Positions 19,432-30,260 are shown, numbered from the stretch's first letter. The stretch is DNA of 64,000 nt from a bacterium (GCA_037137535.1 JBAXKC010000003.1:64001-128000); one strand, 5' to 3'. Translations and numbers: made by a program. Notes: generated from the sequence alone by a model not told the origin.

Positions 19432-20975
19432 TTTGCGATTTCTGTAGCTCTAATTTCTCTTACAACTGTAACCCTAATTTGTCCAGGATAATCAACTTCA
19501 TTTTCAATGCGTTTTGCAACGTCTCTTGCGAGCTTGCTTGCTCCGATATCATCGAAAATATTAGGCTGAACCATTATTCTAAACTCACGACCTGCTTGAA
19601 CAGCGAATGAACGCTTAATTCCAGGGAAACTTTGAGCAATGTCTTCAAGTTTTTGAATACGTTTGATATAAATTTCAAGAGTATCTCTTCTTGCGCCTGG
19701 TCTGCCTGCACTCATTGTGTCAGCAATTTTTACAAGAACTGCTTCTACTGAATTAGCTATAACATCACCATGGTGGGCTTCTATTGCATTTACTACTTCT
19801 TCAGTTTCCCCATAACGTCTTGCAAGTTCTACACCAAGCTCAATATGAGTTCCTTCTTGTGTCTTATCAACCGCTTTTCCTAAATCATGAAGAATACCAG
19901 CTCTTTTAGCTATCATAACATTTGCACCAAGCTCTGCCGCAAGCATTCCAGCTAAATGACCAACTTCTTTTGAGTGAGCATAAACATTTTGACCATAACT
20001 TGTTCTGTAAAATAATCTTCCGATATGTTTCAGAAGCTCAGGATGTATATTTACGATGCCAAGCTCCATCGCGGCAGCTTCACCGTCTTTAAACATTCTT
20101 TCTTCTATTTCTTCTCGGGACTTTTCAACCATTTCTTCAATTCTTACTGGGTGAATACGTCCATCGCTTATAAGTTTTTCTAAAGCCACACGAGCAACTT
20201 CTCTTCTTACAGGATCGAAGCAGGAAAGAACAACCGCCTCAGGAGTATCATCAATAATAAGATCAACGCCTGTAAAGGTTTCAAGGGCTCTTATGTTTCT
20301 GCCTTCTCTACCGATAATACGGCCTTTCATTTCGTCATTAGGAAGATTTACAACTGATACTGTAGATTCAACTACCTGATCAATTGCACATCTTTGCATG
20401 ACGTTAGAGATGATTTCTCTTGCGTTAGTGCTGGCTGTTTCTTTTATGCGAAGTTCGTTTTCACGAATAAGTTGAGCTGATTCAAGTTTAAGATCATTTT
20501 CAAGCTGTTTTAATAATATATTTTTAGCTTCTTCGCTTGTTATTCCTGAAATTCTTTCAAGCTCTGAAGTTTGTTTTTGAACTAATTCAGCAAGATAATC
20601 TTCTTTTTCATAGAGTTCATCTATTTTCTTTTTTAGATCTGATTCTTTTTCAGTAACAGTAAGCATTTTCTTTTCATAGGATTCTTCTTTTTGAAGAAGT
20701 CTGTGCTCAAGTCTTGCAAGCTCTCCACGTCTTTCTCTTGTTTCGCTTTCAAATTCCTGCCTTTGGTTATGCAGAGCTTCTTTAGCTGATATAAGCGCTT
20801 CTTTCTTTTGAAGTTTTATTTGTTCTTCTGCTTCTGCTATTTTATTTTTTGCAGCAAGGTCAATATCTTTTATTTGACCTTCTTTGGTTTTTAACTGCAT
20901 ATATAGATACGCCGCATATACGGCAATAATTGCAATTATTATTATAAAGCCCGTTATTAATAATATATTTTCTAT
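19428..20975 (-). CDS. rny: Ribonuclease Y, extended to a probable ATA start that adds the N-terminal TM anchor
   Basis: KH domain [16 protein letters not shown] domain ILHDLGK, RPGARR; in-frame hydrophobic [25 protein letters not shown] upstream of ATG 20900. Confidence 0.95.
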   Translation of the reverse strand: MENILLITGFIIIIAIIAVYAAYLYMQLKTKEGQIKDIDLAAKNKIAEAEEQIKLQKKEALISAKEALHNQRQEFESETRERRGELARLEHRLLQKEESYEKKMLTVTEKESDLKKKIDELYEKEDYLAELVQKQTSELERISGITSEEAKNILLKQLENDLKLESAQLIRENELRIKETASTNAREIISNVMQRCAIDQVVESTVSVVNLPNDEMKGRIIGREGRNIRALETFTGVDLIIDDTPEAVVLSCFDPVRREVARVALEKLISDGRIHPVRIEEMVEKSREEIEERMFKDGEAAAMELGIVNIHPELLKHIGRLFYRTSYGQNVYAHSKEVGHLAGMLAAELGANVMIAKRAGILHDLGKAVDKTQEGTHIELGVELARRYGETEEVVNAIEAHHGDVIANSVEAVLVKIADTMSAGRPGARRDTLEIYIKRIQKLEDIAQSFPGIKRSFAVQAGREFRIMVQPNIFDDIGASKLARDVAKRIENEVDYPGQIRVTVVREIRATEIAK

Positions 20976-21093
20976 TGTCCCGTACCTCTTAACTGTCGAT
21001 AACTCTTTATTTGTAGAACATTAAGCATTGTCCTGCTCTTTAATATTACCATATAAAGTAATTTAAAAAACATCAATTTGTGGTATATAAGCG

Positions 21094-21136
21094 AAAAAAA
21101 ACAAAAATGGGAATAGCTTGTTTAGAAAGCTATTCC
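21094..21136 (-). terminator. Terminator overlapping the recA stop
   Basis: GGAATAGCTT-N7-AAGCTATTCC followed by a T-rich tract on the minus strand. Confidence 0.7.
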
Positions 21137-22200
21137 GGACTTTCTTCATGTTCTGTCGCAAAAGTTAAACTGCTCATACTTTCACGAACTTTAATTTCAA
21201 CTTCGGCAAGTAGTTCAGGATTTTCCTCGAGGAATTGGGATGCTTTTTCTCTACCTTGACCAATTTTATTATCATTGTAGCTAAACCATGAACCTGATTT
21301 TTTCACAATGTCCATATCAGCCGCAATATCAAGAATACAACCTGTTTTAGAAATGCCTTCTCCGTATACTATGTCGAATTCAGCAATTCTAAACGGTGGA
21401 GCTACTTTATTTTTAACTACTTTTACTTTTGTTCTGTTGCCATATTCAACACCGTCTCTTTTTAATGTTTCTTTTCTTCTTATGTCAAGTCTTACACTTG
21501 CATAATATTTAAGAGCATTACCACCTGTTGTTGTTTCGTTAGAACCGTACATAACACCGATTTTAGATCTCAACTGGTTGATAAATATAACGGTAGTTCT
21601 TGTTTTATTTACAATCCCCGTAAGTTTTCTTAAAGCTTGACTCATTAGTCTGGCTTGAAGTCCCATGTGGCTATCGCCCATATCGCCTTCTATTTCGGCT
21701 TTTGGTACAAGAGCGGCAACTGAATCCACTACAATAACGTCAATTGCTCCGGAACGAACAAGTTCTTCCGTTATTTCAAGAGCCTGTTCACCTGTGTCGG
21801 GTTGACTTATAAGAAGTTCGTCAACTTTAACACCAAGTTTTCTTGCATAATCAGGATCTAAGGCATGTTCAGCATCAATAAATGCAGCTAATCCGCCTGC
21901 TTTTTGCGCTTCAGCAACTATATGCTGTGCTAAAGTAGTTTTACCACTACTTTCAGGTCCATATAATTCTATAATTCTGCCTCTTGGCACTCCGCCTATT
22001 CCTAATGCCAAGTCAAGTGATAAAGCACCTGTTGGGATAACTTCAACCGAGGTTGCAGTTCTATCGCCAAGTCTCATTATTGATCCTTTACCAAAATCTT
22101 TTTCGATTTTAGCAAGGGCAAGTTCTAATGCTTTACTTCGCTCTGTATGTTCAGATTTATCAGCTTTTTTATCAGCTTTGATTTTTTCTTCAACAGCCAT
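21130..22200 (-). CDS. recA: Recombinase RecA
   Basis: [41 protein letters not shown]; start at ATG 22200 after GAGGAG. Confidence 0.99.
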   Translation of the reverse strand: MAVEEKIKADKKADKSEHTERSKALELALAKIEKDFGKGSIMRLGDRTATSVEVIPTGALSLDLALGIGGVPRGRIIELYGPESSGKTTLAQHIVAEAQKAGGLAAFIDAEHALDPDYARKLGVKVDELLISQPDTGEQALEITEELVRSGAIDVIVVDSVAALVPKAEIEGDMGDSHMGLQARLMSQALRKLTGIVNKTRTTVIFINQLRSKIGVMYGSNETTTGGNALKYYASVRLDIRRKETLKRDGVEYGNRTKVKVVKNKVAPPFRIAEFDIVYGEGISKTGCILDIAADMDIVKKSGSWFSYNDNKIGQGREKASQFLEENPELLAEVEIKVRESMSSLTFATEHEESPE

Positions 22201-22441
22201 TATATTTCTCCTCACAAATGTGTTTTATGTAAATTTATAAGAAATAACAAAGATTAATAAAATTATACTACAATTACTTATCGCAAGTATAAAAGGTTTT
22301 ATAAATTTTTAATAATAAAGTAAACCAAATAAAATAATTCCCAAATCTGTAAAAATTGTTTAAAATAAGATAGATGAGTTGATGTTTGCTAAAATTGAAA
22401 AAGTATTTAATTATGGTGTAGCTATTAAATTGGAGTGAAGA

Positions 22442-23587
22442 ATGACTGAAGATAGCCTAATAAATGGTGGTTCAGGTGTTAATGTTATAGAAGAAGCCTT
22501 TTCGGAAAATCATTTTAGTATAGAAAATTTTTTAAAACTTTCTATAAGTCAAGGTTTTTCAGATATTCACTTAAGGGTCGGTTCACCTCCTATGGCTCGT
22601 AAAGATGGATTAATGCTTAAATCTAAGTTTAAATCTTTAACAAATGATGACATGCGAGATATTGTAAGAACACTTGTCCCTAAAAGTGACCATGAGAAAG
22701 CTCTTAACTCTAGTGATTTTGATTTTTCTTTTGAATTTGAAAAGCTCTCTAGATTTAGAGCAAATTTATTCAAAGACATGGGAAATATTGGCTTTGTTTT
22801 AAGGCTTATCCCTATAAATATCCCATCAATTGACAGTTTGTATCTTCCTCCTGTTTTAAAAGAATTTACCACATTGCACAATGGTCTGATTTTGGTTACA
22901 GGTCCTACGGGAAGCGGAAAGTCTACAACCTTGGCTTCGATGCTTGATTATATAAATCAAAATACTCAGAAACATATTGTAACTCTTGAAGATCCTGTTG
23001 AATTTGTTCATTCAAACAAAAAGTGCGTATTTACTCAAAGACAGCTTGGCATTGATACCGATACTTTTTCAAATGGATTAAAGTATGCTTTACGTCAAGA
23101 TCCCGACGTTATTTTGGTAGGTGAGATGCGTGACAGGGAAACTATCAACGCTGCATTAAAAGCCGCTGAAACTGGTCATCTTGTGTTTTCAACACTTCAC
23201 ACGACCGATGCGGTTCAAACAATAAACAGGATTATTAATGCTTTTGAGCCTCATGAAAGAGAACCGATTAGATTGCAGATTGCGGCTACTTTGCGTGGAA
23301 CAGTTGCTCAAAAACTTGTTAAAAAAGCCGATAAAAAAGGACGAGTCCCTGCTTTAGAAGTACTTGTGTCAACTCCTGCCGTTAAAGATTATATTACTAA
23401 AAATTGTGTTGACAGTATTTATGATCTGGTAAAATCAGGTGGCTTTAGTGGTATGATAAGTATGAATATGTCCTTGTTTAATCTTGTTAAAGCGGAGTTA
23501 ATCACTCTTGAAGAAGCGCTTGAAGCTTCAAATACTCCAAATGAGATGCAACAGTTACTAAATGGTGTATATCACGGTTCATTTTAA
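22442..23587 (+). CDS. pilT: PilT/PilU family type IV pilus retraction ATPase
   Basis: SDIHL, GPTGSGKSTT, TLEDPVE, LRQDPDVILVGEMRD, STLHT. Confidence 0.88.
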   Translation: MTEDSLINGGSGVNVIEEAFSENHFSIENFLKLSISQGFSDIHLRVGSPPMARKDGLMLKSKFKSLTNDDMRDIVRTLVPKSDHEKALNSSDFDFSFEFEKLSRFRANLFKDMGNIGFVLRLIPINIPSIDSLYLPPVLKEFTTLHNGLILVTGPTGSGKSTTLASMLDYINQNTQKHIVTLEDPVEFVHSNKKCVFTQRQLGIDTDTFSNGLKYALRQDPDVILVGEMRDRETINAALKAAETGHLVFSTLHTTDAVQTINRIINAFEPHEREPIRLQIAATLRGTVAQKLVKKADKKGRVPALEVLVSTPAVKDYITKNCVDSIYDLVKSGGFSGMISMNMSLFNLVKAELITLEEALEASNTPNEMQQLLNGVYHGSF

Positions 23588-23591
23588 ATAA

Positions 23592-24071
23592 ATGTCAGAA
23601 ATATTAAGTATAACTTCAATTATAAACTTGATAAAAGTGACTATCGGGCTTAAAAGGCCTGAGTATAAAGTTGTGCCTCAAAAAAAAGTCATAAAACCTG
23701 TTGAACCTCTCCTTTCTATTGAGGATTCAAGGAAACTTGTAGCGGGTTTGATTTTTGAAGCATTGACAAGAAAAACTTGTGTTAGAGAAGCAATTAAGCG
23801 TTTTCCGCCCGATCAATTCGATGCTTCAATTCAAGCTGCGTGGCATGCACTTGTTCATTTTGAGGCGGATGAGGATATGAGGCTTAGAGATCCTGCGTAT
23901 GCGAGAGAACAGGACGATTACCTTGAAATGTTAGCATTTACCTTGCAAAATGGCACAGCTTTGCCCTTAAATATTATAGATTGTTATAAGCCATATCATG
24001 GTGCGGCTTTAATACCACGTTCTACAAAGATAAAATCTATTTTAAAAAGTTTAATCAGATTTATTATTTAA
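23592..24071 (+). CDS. Hypothetical protein co-transcribed with pilT
   Basis: 159-aa ORF 4 nt after the pilT stop; no family recognised. Confidence 0.75.
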   Translation: MSEILSITSIINLIKVTIGLKRPEYKVVPQKKVIKPVEPLLSIEDSRKLVAGLIFEALTRKTCVREAIKRFPPDQFDASIQAAWHALVHFEADEDMRLRDPAYAREQDDYLEMLAFTLQNGTALPLNIIDCYKPYHGAALIPRSTKIKSILKSLIRFII

Positions 24072-24221
24072 CTTTAGTCGCCAAATAATCAAAAGCCTTA
24101 TTATTAAGTTTTGAATATATAGAAATGCAAAAGAGGCTTAGCCTCTTTGCCGCTGATAGGCGACTGTGAGAGGGTTTTTGATAATTTGAATTAGCGATTT
24201 GAATTATTTAGAAAATACGTT

Positions 24222-25070
24222 TTATTCTTTAATTCCGCCCGCCATGATGCCTTTAATAAAGAATTTTTGCCCTGCTAAAAAGAGTCCTATTGCGGGTATT
24301 GTCGATATAACAGCGCATGACATAAGTTGTCCCCATTCGGTTGTTTCTCTGAAACTACCTTTAAATACTGCAAGACCAACGGGTAATGTTCTCATATTCT
24401 CGGAATTGGTTACTATTAATGGCCACATAAAGCTATTCCAGCTTGAAATGAAAGTAAATAGTGCAAGTGTGATTATTGCAGGCATTGCTAGAGGAATTGC
24501 AATTTTGAAGAAAATATCGAAATAATTGCATCCGTCAAGCTTTGCAGCATCTTCAAGGTCTTTTGGCATTCCTTTAAACCATTGGCGAAGTAAAAATACT
24601 CCAAAACCTCCGAAAAACCCTGGGATAATTAAGGCAAAATAACTATCAATCCACCCAAACTGCTTCATCAGGAAAAACAGCGGAACAATGTTTACTTGTG
24701 GCGGAATCATAATAGTAGCAAGGAAAATAAAGAACAGAGGTTCTCTGAAACGAAAATTTAATCGTGCAAAAGCATAAGCGGCCATCGCAGAAAATAAAAC
24801 TTGCCCTAAACAAGTGAATATTGCGACAATTAAACTATTAAAGAAATAAATTGCAATAGGTATATTTTTAAAAATATTTATATAATTTGTGAACACAAAA
24901 GGATTGGGAATTATTGATGGAGGAAGCGAGAAAATTTGATTTTGTCCCATCAAAGAAAGTAATACCATCCATATAAACGGAAAAACCGCTAAAAAAGAGG
25001 CAATTATCAGAAAAAAATATGCTATAAAAATTTTTATTCGTTTAATACCCATTTTTTCCTTGTTTTCCAT
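24222..25070 (-). CDS. Carbohydrate ABC transporter permease (MalG-like)
   Basis: EAA-loop variant DLEDAAKLDGC, YFFNS, WNSFMWPL; true start may be ATG 25052. Confidence 0.93.
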   Translation of the reverse strand: MENKEKMGIKRIKIFIAYFFLIIASFLAVFPFIWMVLLSLMGQNQIFSLPPSIIPNPFVFTNYINIFKNIPIAIYFFNSLIVAIFTCLGQVLFSAMAAYAFARLNFRFREPLFFIFLATIMIPPQVNIVPLFFLMKQFGWIDSYFALIIPGFFGGFGVFLLRQWFKGMPKDLEDAAKLDGCNYFDIFFKIAIPLAMPAIITLALFTFISSWNSFMWPLIVTNSENMRTLPVGLAVFKGSFRETTEWGQLMSCAVISTIPAIGLFLAGQKFFIKGIMAGGIKE

Positions 25071-25921
25071 TGAATTAAAGTAAGTCCTAAGATTATTAAA
25101 AATAAAATATAAGCTATTGCCGAGGCTTTACCTAGTTTGAACAGTTCAAAGGCATTTTTATACATCCAGTAAACCATTACCATTGTTGAGTTTTCAGGGC
25201 CTCCTCCTGTCATAAGATAAACCATATCAAATATTTGAAACGAGCTTACCGTTGTCATTATTAAAACAAAAAAGACAGTCGGCGATAAAAGAGGAAGAGT
25301 TATCAGGAAAAATCTGTTTATGGAATTTGCCCCGTCAATTTCTGCGGCTTCAGAATAGGTTTCGGGGATATTCTGAAGTGCTGCAAGAAAAATAATCAGA
25401 TTATATCCGATATTTTTCCATATACTGGCTATTATTAATGCCCATAGTGCTATATTTTTGTCATAGAGCCAGTTTATTCCATGATTTGCTCCTAATAGCC
25501 AATTTATAATACTGTAATTGGGGTCATAAATCCATTCCCATACAATCGCACAAACTATCATAGGTGTTACGTATGGTATGAATATAGATAATTTATAAAA
25601 ATTACTGAATTTGATTTTTTGATTCAGTAATAAGGCTAAAAATAAAGGTAAAATTACTCCAAAAAATGCAGTAAAAAACGAATAAAAAAATGTATTCCAT
25701 AATACTTTATAGAAAAGTGGTTCGTTTAAAATTTCAATGTAATTATTGAAGCCTACAAATTTTATGGGGCTTATAAGGTCCCAATGACAAAAGCTAATAA
25801 AAAAGGAGGTAATAACAGGTAAAACAATAAATAATAAAATACCCAAAAAAGCGGGAGCTATGAATAAAAACGCCCATGTATTTTCTTTATTGAATAATTT
25901 TTTAAAAATATCTGATTTCAT
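25034..25921 (-). CDS. Carbohydrate ABC transporter permease (MalF/UgpA-like)
   Basis: FVGFNNY, ALQNIPETYSEAAEIDGA, MTGGGP. Confidence 0.93.
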   Translation of the reverse strand: MKSDIFKKLFNKENTWAFLFIAPAFLGILLFIVLPVITSFFISFCHWDLISPIKFVGFNNYIEILNEPLFYKVLWNTFFYSFFTAFFGVILPLFLALLLNQKIKFSNFYKLSIFIPYVTPMIVCAIVWEWIYDPNYSIINWLLGANHGINWLYDKNIALWALIIASIWKNIGYNLIIFLAALQNIPETYSEAAEIDGANSINRFFLITLPLLSPTVFFVLIMTTVSSFQIFDMVYLMTGGGPENSTMVMVYWMYKNAFELFKLGKASAIAYILFLIILGLTLIQWKTRKKWVLNE

Positions 25922-26085
25922 TTTATATTTATTTTTTGATTATTACTCTTTATTCTTAGCCAACATCAATAATAAAGAAAGTTTTTCTTGAAAATAGCTT
26001 AATAAATCCTTAAAATTTTTTAACCGTTTTGTTTATGTTATCCTCAATAGTAAACGATAATTGGAAAAATACGAAAGGAAAAGCA

Positions 26086-27531
26086 ATGACACTGGTACTA
26101 ACTGCTTTTAATAAAAATGATATCAGAGGCATCGTAAACGAAAATTTAAATGAAGAAATATATGCTTTAGCAACAAAGGCTTATGTTAAGTTTGCTACAG
26201 CTAAGCTTGAGAAAAAACCTCAAGAGCTTGTTATTGGTGTTGCAATGGATGCAAGAAATCATTCCCCGGGCTTTACTAAAGTTGTTATTGATACTTTGGT
26301 AGATGCAGGGGTGAATGTTCTTGATTTTGGACTTTGTCCTACTCCTCTCGGTTATTTTTCTGAATTTTCAGGGGCACATACGCATGGAGCTATGATAATA
26401 ACTGCAAGTCACAATCCGTCTGAGTATAACGGAATGAAAATGACTCTTGCTCAAAAATCTCTTACAGAAGAAGAAATTTTTATGTTGAGAGATATGCTTG
26501 TTACCGAAAAATTTGAAAGTGCCGAGATAAAAGGTACTGTTAAAAAATATGATATTGCAGGCGAATATATTGAAAAAACAAGCCGTATGTTTCAACATGC
26601 AGGCCAAGGCTTAAAAGTCGTTGTAGACAGCGGAAACGCTACGGCAGGAATTGCAGCTCCTGAATTATACAGAAAAATGAGTTGTGATGTAATCGACATT
26701 TTCACCGAGCCTGATGGTAATTTCCCAAATCATCATCCTGATCCGTCAAAAGAAAAAAATCTTCAACATCTTAAAGAAAAGATTAAAGAAACAGGTGCTG
26801 ATTTTGGTATAGCTTTTGATGGTGATTCAGACAGAATAGGCGTTGTAGACAATACAGGCTATGCAATACCTGGCGATCAGCTTTTATTGATTCTTGCTCT
26901 TGATATCTTGAAATCAAGAAAAATTTCAGAAGCAAAACCTGTTATTATCTCCGAAGTCAAATGCTCTCAAACCTTGTTTGATACTATTGATAAAAATGGC
27001 GGCAGATCAATTATGTGGAAAACAGGTCACGCTTACATTAAAAATAAAATGAGAGAAGAAAACGCTGTTTTAGCTGGTGAAATGAGCGGACATATTTTCT
27101 TTAAAGACAGATATTATGGATTTGATGATGCCATTTATGCTGGGTGTAGAATGATTGAAATTATGGCAAAGCATAAAGCTCATAATCCGAATTATAAACT
27201 TTCAGACTTAATTGAAAGTTTGCCAAAAGCCTTTACTTCTCCTGAAGTTAGGTTTGCTTGCCCAAATGAATACAAATTTATATTAATTGACAAAATTAAT
27301 GAAAAAATTGAGCAGAATTCAAATATTTTTGGCTCAAAAATAGAAAAAATAATTACTCTTGATGGACTTAGAATAGTATTTACTGACGGGTTTGGATTAA
27401 TAAGAGCAAGTAATACAGAACCTACGCTTACTTTAAGATTTGAAGGTTCTACCTCTGAAAGTTGTAATAATTATAAAGATTCAATCATTTCTATTATCGA
27501 GTCTACGCTTGAAGAATTAAAAAATGTCTAA
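26086..27531 (+). CDS. Phosphomannomutase/phosphoglucomutase
   Basis: TASHNP phosphoserine loop, FDGDSDR metal loop, GEMSGH, RASNTEP; start at ATG 26086 after AAAGGA. Confidence 0.93.
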   Translation: MTLVLTAFNKNDIRGIVNENLNEEIYALATKAYVKFATAKLEKKPQELVIGVAMDARNHSPGFTKVVIDTLVDAGVNVLDFGLCPTPLGYFSEFSGAHTHGAMIITASHNPSEYNGMKMTLAQKSLTEEEIFMLRDMLVTEKFESAEIKGTVKKYDIAGEYIEKTSRMFQHAGQGLKVVVDSGNATAGIAAPELYRKMSCDVIDIFTEPDGNFPNHHPDPSKEKNLQHLKEKIKETGADFGIAFDGDSDRIGVVDNTGYAIPGDQLLLILALDILKSRKISEAKPVIISEVKCSQTLFDTIDKNGGRSIMWKTGHAYIKNKMREENAVLAGEMSGHIFFKDRYYGFDDAIYAGCRMIEIMAKHKAHNPNYKLSDLIESLPKAFTSPEVRFACPNEYKFILIDKINEKIEQNSNIFGSKIEKIITLDGLRIVFTDGFGLIRASNTEPTLTLRFEGSTSESCNNYKDSIISIIESTLEELKNV

Positions 27532-28567
27532 ATATCCGTTAAAGCCAAAAGATGTTGATTTTGAGGAATTGCGATCTTTAACATTATTTATTAAGCCTCT
27601 TATTGGTTTAATAATTTTGTTAAGTTTGGGAACCTTTGGTTATATGATTATAGAAGGCTGGAATTGGCTAGATTCCCTTTTTATGAGCGTTATTACCTTT
27701 ACAACGGTTGGTTATGGAACAGTTCATCCTTTATCTCATGCAGGGCAAATTTTCACAATGCTTTATATTTTATTTGGCGTTGTGTTGTTTCTTTATTTTG
27801 CTGCGGAGTTTGCAGAATATATTATTACGGTTAATTTTGGAAAGATTTTAGGCAAAAGAAAAATGCGAAAAAAATTGTCAAAACTGAAAGAACACTATCT
27901 TGTATGCGGCTATGGAAGAACAGGTGCAGAAATAACTTCACAATTGAAAAATAGCGGTTTGGATTTTGTTGTGATTGAAAAAAATAACGATTTTGAGGAA
28001 ATAGCTCAAAAAGAAGGTTTTTTATACGTCCTTGGTGATGCAACAGATGATGATACGTTAAAAAGTGCTGGAATTCTTGAGGCAAAGGGGATATTTTGTG
28101 CATTAAGCGATGACGTTGATAACCTGTATTTAACTTTATCTGCAAAGAATATTAATCCTAGGCTTACCATTGTTGCAAGATGTATTAAAGCATCAAACGA
28201 ACCTAAATTTAAAAAAGCGGGTGCAAAAAGTATTATTTTACCTTATGAAATTTGCGGAAGAAGAATGGTAGCCTCAGTAGTTAAGCCTTTTGTCGTTGAT
28301 TTTCTTGATGTAGTTATGCATACTAAGGGGCGAGAATTAGAATTAACGCTTGAGCAATTTATGCTTAAAGAAAATTCTGTCTTAATCGGTAAATCAATCA
28401 TTTCTTCAGGAATGAGGCAACAAACAGGTGTAATTATTATCGCTATAAAAAGAGAAGATGAATATATTACAAATCCTACACCAACGACCGTTTTACAAGA
28501 GAAAGATGTATTGATTGCTCTTGGAGCGACATCGGAACTTTCAGCGTTTGAAGAACTTTATTTGTAG
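27524..28567 (+). CDS. Potassium channel with TrkA-N/TrkA-C (RCK) domains
   Basis: TTVGYG selectivity filter, CGYGRTG Rossmann motif, GDAT. Confidence 0.93.
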   Translation: MSKYPLKPKDVDFEELRSLTLFIKPLIGLIILLSLGTFGYMIIEGWNWLDSLFMSVITFTTVGYGTVHPLSHAGQIFTMLYILFGVVLFLYFAAEFAEYIITVNFGKILGKRKMRKKLSKLKEHYLVCGYGRTGAEITSQLKNSGLDFVVIEKNNDFEEIAQKEGFLYVLGDATDDDTLKSAGILEAKGIFCALSDDVDNLYLTLSAKNINPRLTIVARCIKASNEPKFKKAGAKSIILPYEICGRRMVASVVKPFVVDFLDVVMHTKGRELELTLEQFMLKENSVLIGKSIISSGMRQQTGVIIIAIKREDEYITNPTPTTVLQEKDVLIALGATSELSAFEELYL

Positions 28568-28587
28568 AGTCTGTGAGGGAATAATTT

Positions 28588-29613
28588 ATGAAAAATCATA
28601 AAATCGTGATCGTTATAATTGCTCTTTGTTTATTTAGTATAGTTGCAGGGCTTTACGGTAAAAATATCAACACTCAAAAGGCGAAAGCTACTCAGGATGA
28701 AAGTACAATGAGTTTATTTTCTGATGGCGATAAAATTGCATTAATTAATATTGACGGACCTATTCAATTTGAGAGTTCAGATAGTCTTTTCGGGCCTAAA
28801 ACGTCAGCAGAAAATGCGAGAGTTTCTCTTAAAAAAATATTAAAAGATGATTCAGTTAAAGGTGTTTTACTTAGAATAAACAGCCCAGGCGGAACAGTCG
28901 GAATGTCGCAGGAAGTTTATTCTGATGTTTTAAAAGTAAGAGCAGTTAAGCCTGTTGTTGTTTCAATGGTTGATATGGCTGCAAGCGGAGGTTATTATAT
29001 TTCTGCTGCTGCTGATAGGATTTATGCTTATCCGGGGACACTTACAGGTAGTATAGGCGTTATTTTAAACACTTATGATGCAGGTGAGCTGCTAACTAAA
29101 AAACTCGGAGTAAAGCCTGAAATAATAAAAAGCGGTAAATTTAAAGATATTGCTTCTCCTTATCGTTCAATGACTAAAGAAGAAAGACAATTATTGCAAA
29201 ATATGACCGATTCAACTCATGAACAGTTTATTAACGCAGTAATTGTGGCGAGAAGTAATCGCAACGATAAGTATAAGGTTAAAAAACAGATATTAGACGC
29301 TAAAATCTTGAGAGAACATGCAGATGGTCGAATTTTTAACGGTGAACAAGCACTTCAAATAGGACTTGTTGATAGTATAGGAACATTAGCTGATGCACAT
29401 GATGCAGTAAGTGATATGGCTAAAGAAAAATTTGGCATAAAGTCTAAAAATTCCATTCCTCTTGTCAATTATAATGCACCAACAGGTTTCAATGAGATAT
29501 TCTGCGGAGCAAAAAGTCAATTGGGTAAATTTGGTATAACAGGCGATATAAGTGAAAAACTTATGCCATTCAGTGCAAAACATCCTAATCAGCCTCTTAT
29601 AATATGGGAGTAA
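28588..29613 (+). CDS. sppA: Signal peptide peptidase SppA (S49)
   Basis: RINSPGG, AASGGYY, TGSIGV, KSGKFKD. Confidence 0.93.
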   Translation: MKNHKIVIVIIALCLFSIVAGLYGKNINTQKAKATQDESTMSLFSDGDKIALINIDGPIQFESSDSLFGPKTSAENARVSLKKILKDDSVKGVLLRINSPGGTVGMSQEVYSDVLKVRAVKPVVVSMVDMAASGGYYISAAADRIYAYPGTLTGSIGVILNTYDAGELLTKKLGVKPEIIKSGKFKDIASPYRSMTKEERQLLQNMTDSTHEQFINAVIVARSNRNDKYKVKKQILDAKILREHADGRIFNGEQALQIGLVDSIGTLADAHDAVSDMAKEKFGIKSKNSIPLVNYNAPTGFNEIFCGAKSQLGKFGITGDISEKLMPFSAKHPNQPLIIWE

Positions 29614-30188
29614 TGATAATGGAAAATTTTTTAGAAAATATTTACGGTTCGATAGTTGAGCCAATCAAAACCTTTGATAGGTTGAAAGAAGAAAAACCTT
29701 ATCTGCAAGCTCTTATTATCGTTATTGTTATAAGTTTATTATCTCCTGTTTTTAATAATATGCTTGCGGTTGATAAGCAATCGTTCGGCGAATTATTAGG
29801 ATTTTCTATTTTATCGGTTATTGCAGGATTGTTTAATTGGCTGGCTTTTGCAGGATTTATGGAATTATTTTCATTTATCTTTAATCAAAATGGTAAATTT
29901 AAAGAAATGTTAACTTTATCGGGGTTTGCTTTAATTCCATGGATACTGTTGGCTCCTGTTTTTCTTTTAAAGCAAGCGGGGACTTTCTTTGAAGGTATAG
30001 GTATTTTACTTGCTCTTTGCGTTTTTATTTGGGCGATATTTTTATTCTTTTTATCCGTAGCAAAAAGTTACGGCTTAACTGCGTTAAGATGCATAGTTTT
30101 TGCTTTAATTCCTTTGATAGCATCAATTATTCAACTTCATTGGTTTATTTATTTTATACAAAATTTTATTCAAGTTATAAAAGTATAA
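29604..30188 (+). CDS. Yip1-family membrane protein
   Basis: Multi-TM protein with P..TF start and GFALIPW, downstream of sppA. Confidence 0.7.
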   Translation: MGVMIMENFLENIYGSIVEPIKTFDRLKEEKPYLQALIIVIVISLLSPVFNNMLAVDKQSFGELLGFSILSVIAGLFNWLAFAGFMELFSFIFNQNGKFKEMLTLSGFALIPWILLAPVFLLKQAGTFFEGIGILLALCVFIWAIFLFFLSVAKSYGLTALRCIVFALIPLIASIIQLHWFIYFIQNFIQVIKV

Positions 30189-30206
30189 CTAAATTTAAAT
30201 CTTTAA

Positions 30207-30239
30207 AATACTTAGCTAATGAATAATTAGCTAAGTATT
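30207..30239. terminator. Perfect 14-bp inverted repeat between convergent genes
   Basis: AATACTTAGCTAAT-GAATA-ATTAGCTAAGTATT. Confidence 0.6.
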
Positions 30240-30260
30240 GTGTTATTTATTGAAATTTTA

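Noticed and set aside
22216-22441. LexA box upstream of recA
   Set aside because: No GAAC-N4-GTTC, CTGT-N8-ACAG or cyanobacterial GTAC-type site; only a short TACTT-N5-AAGTA palindrome
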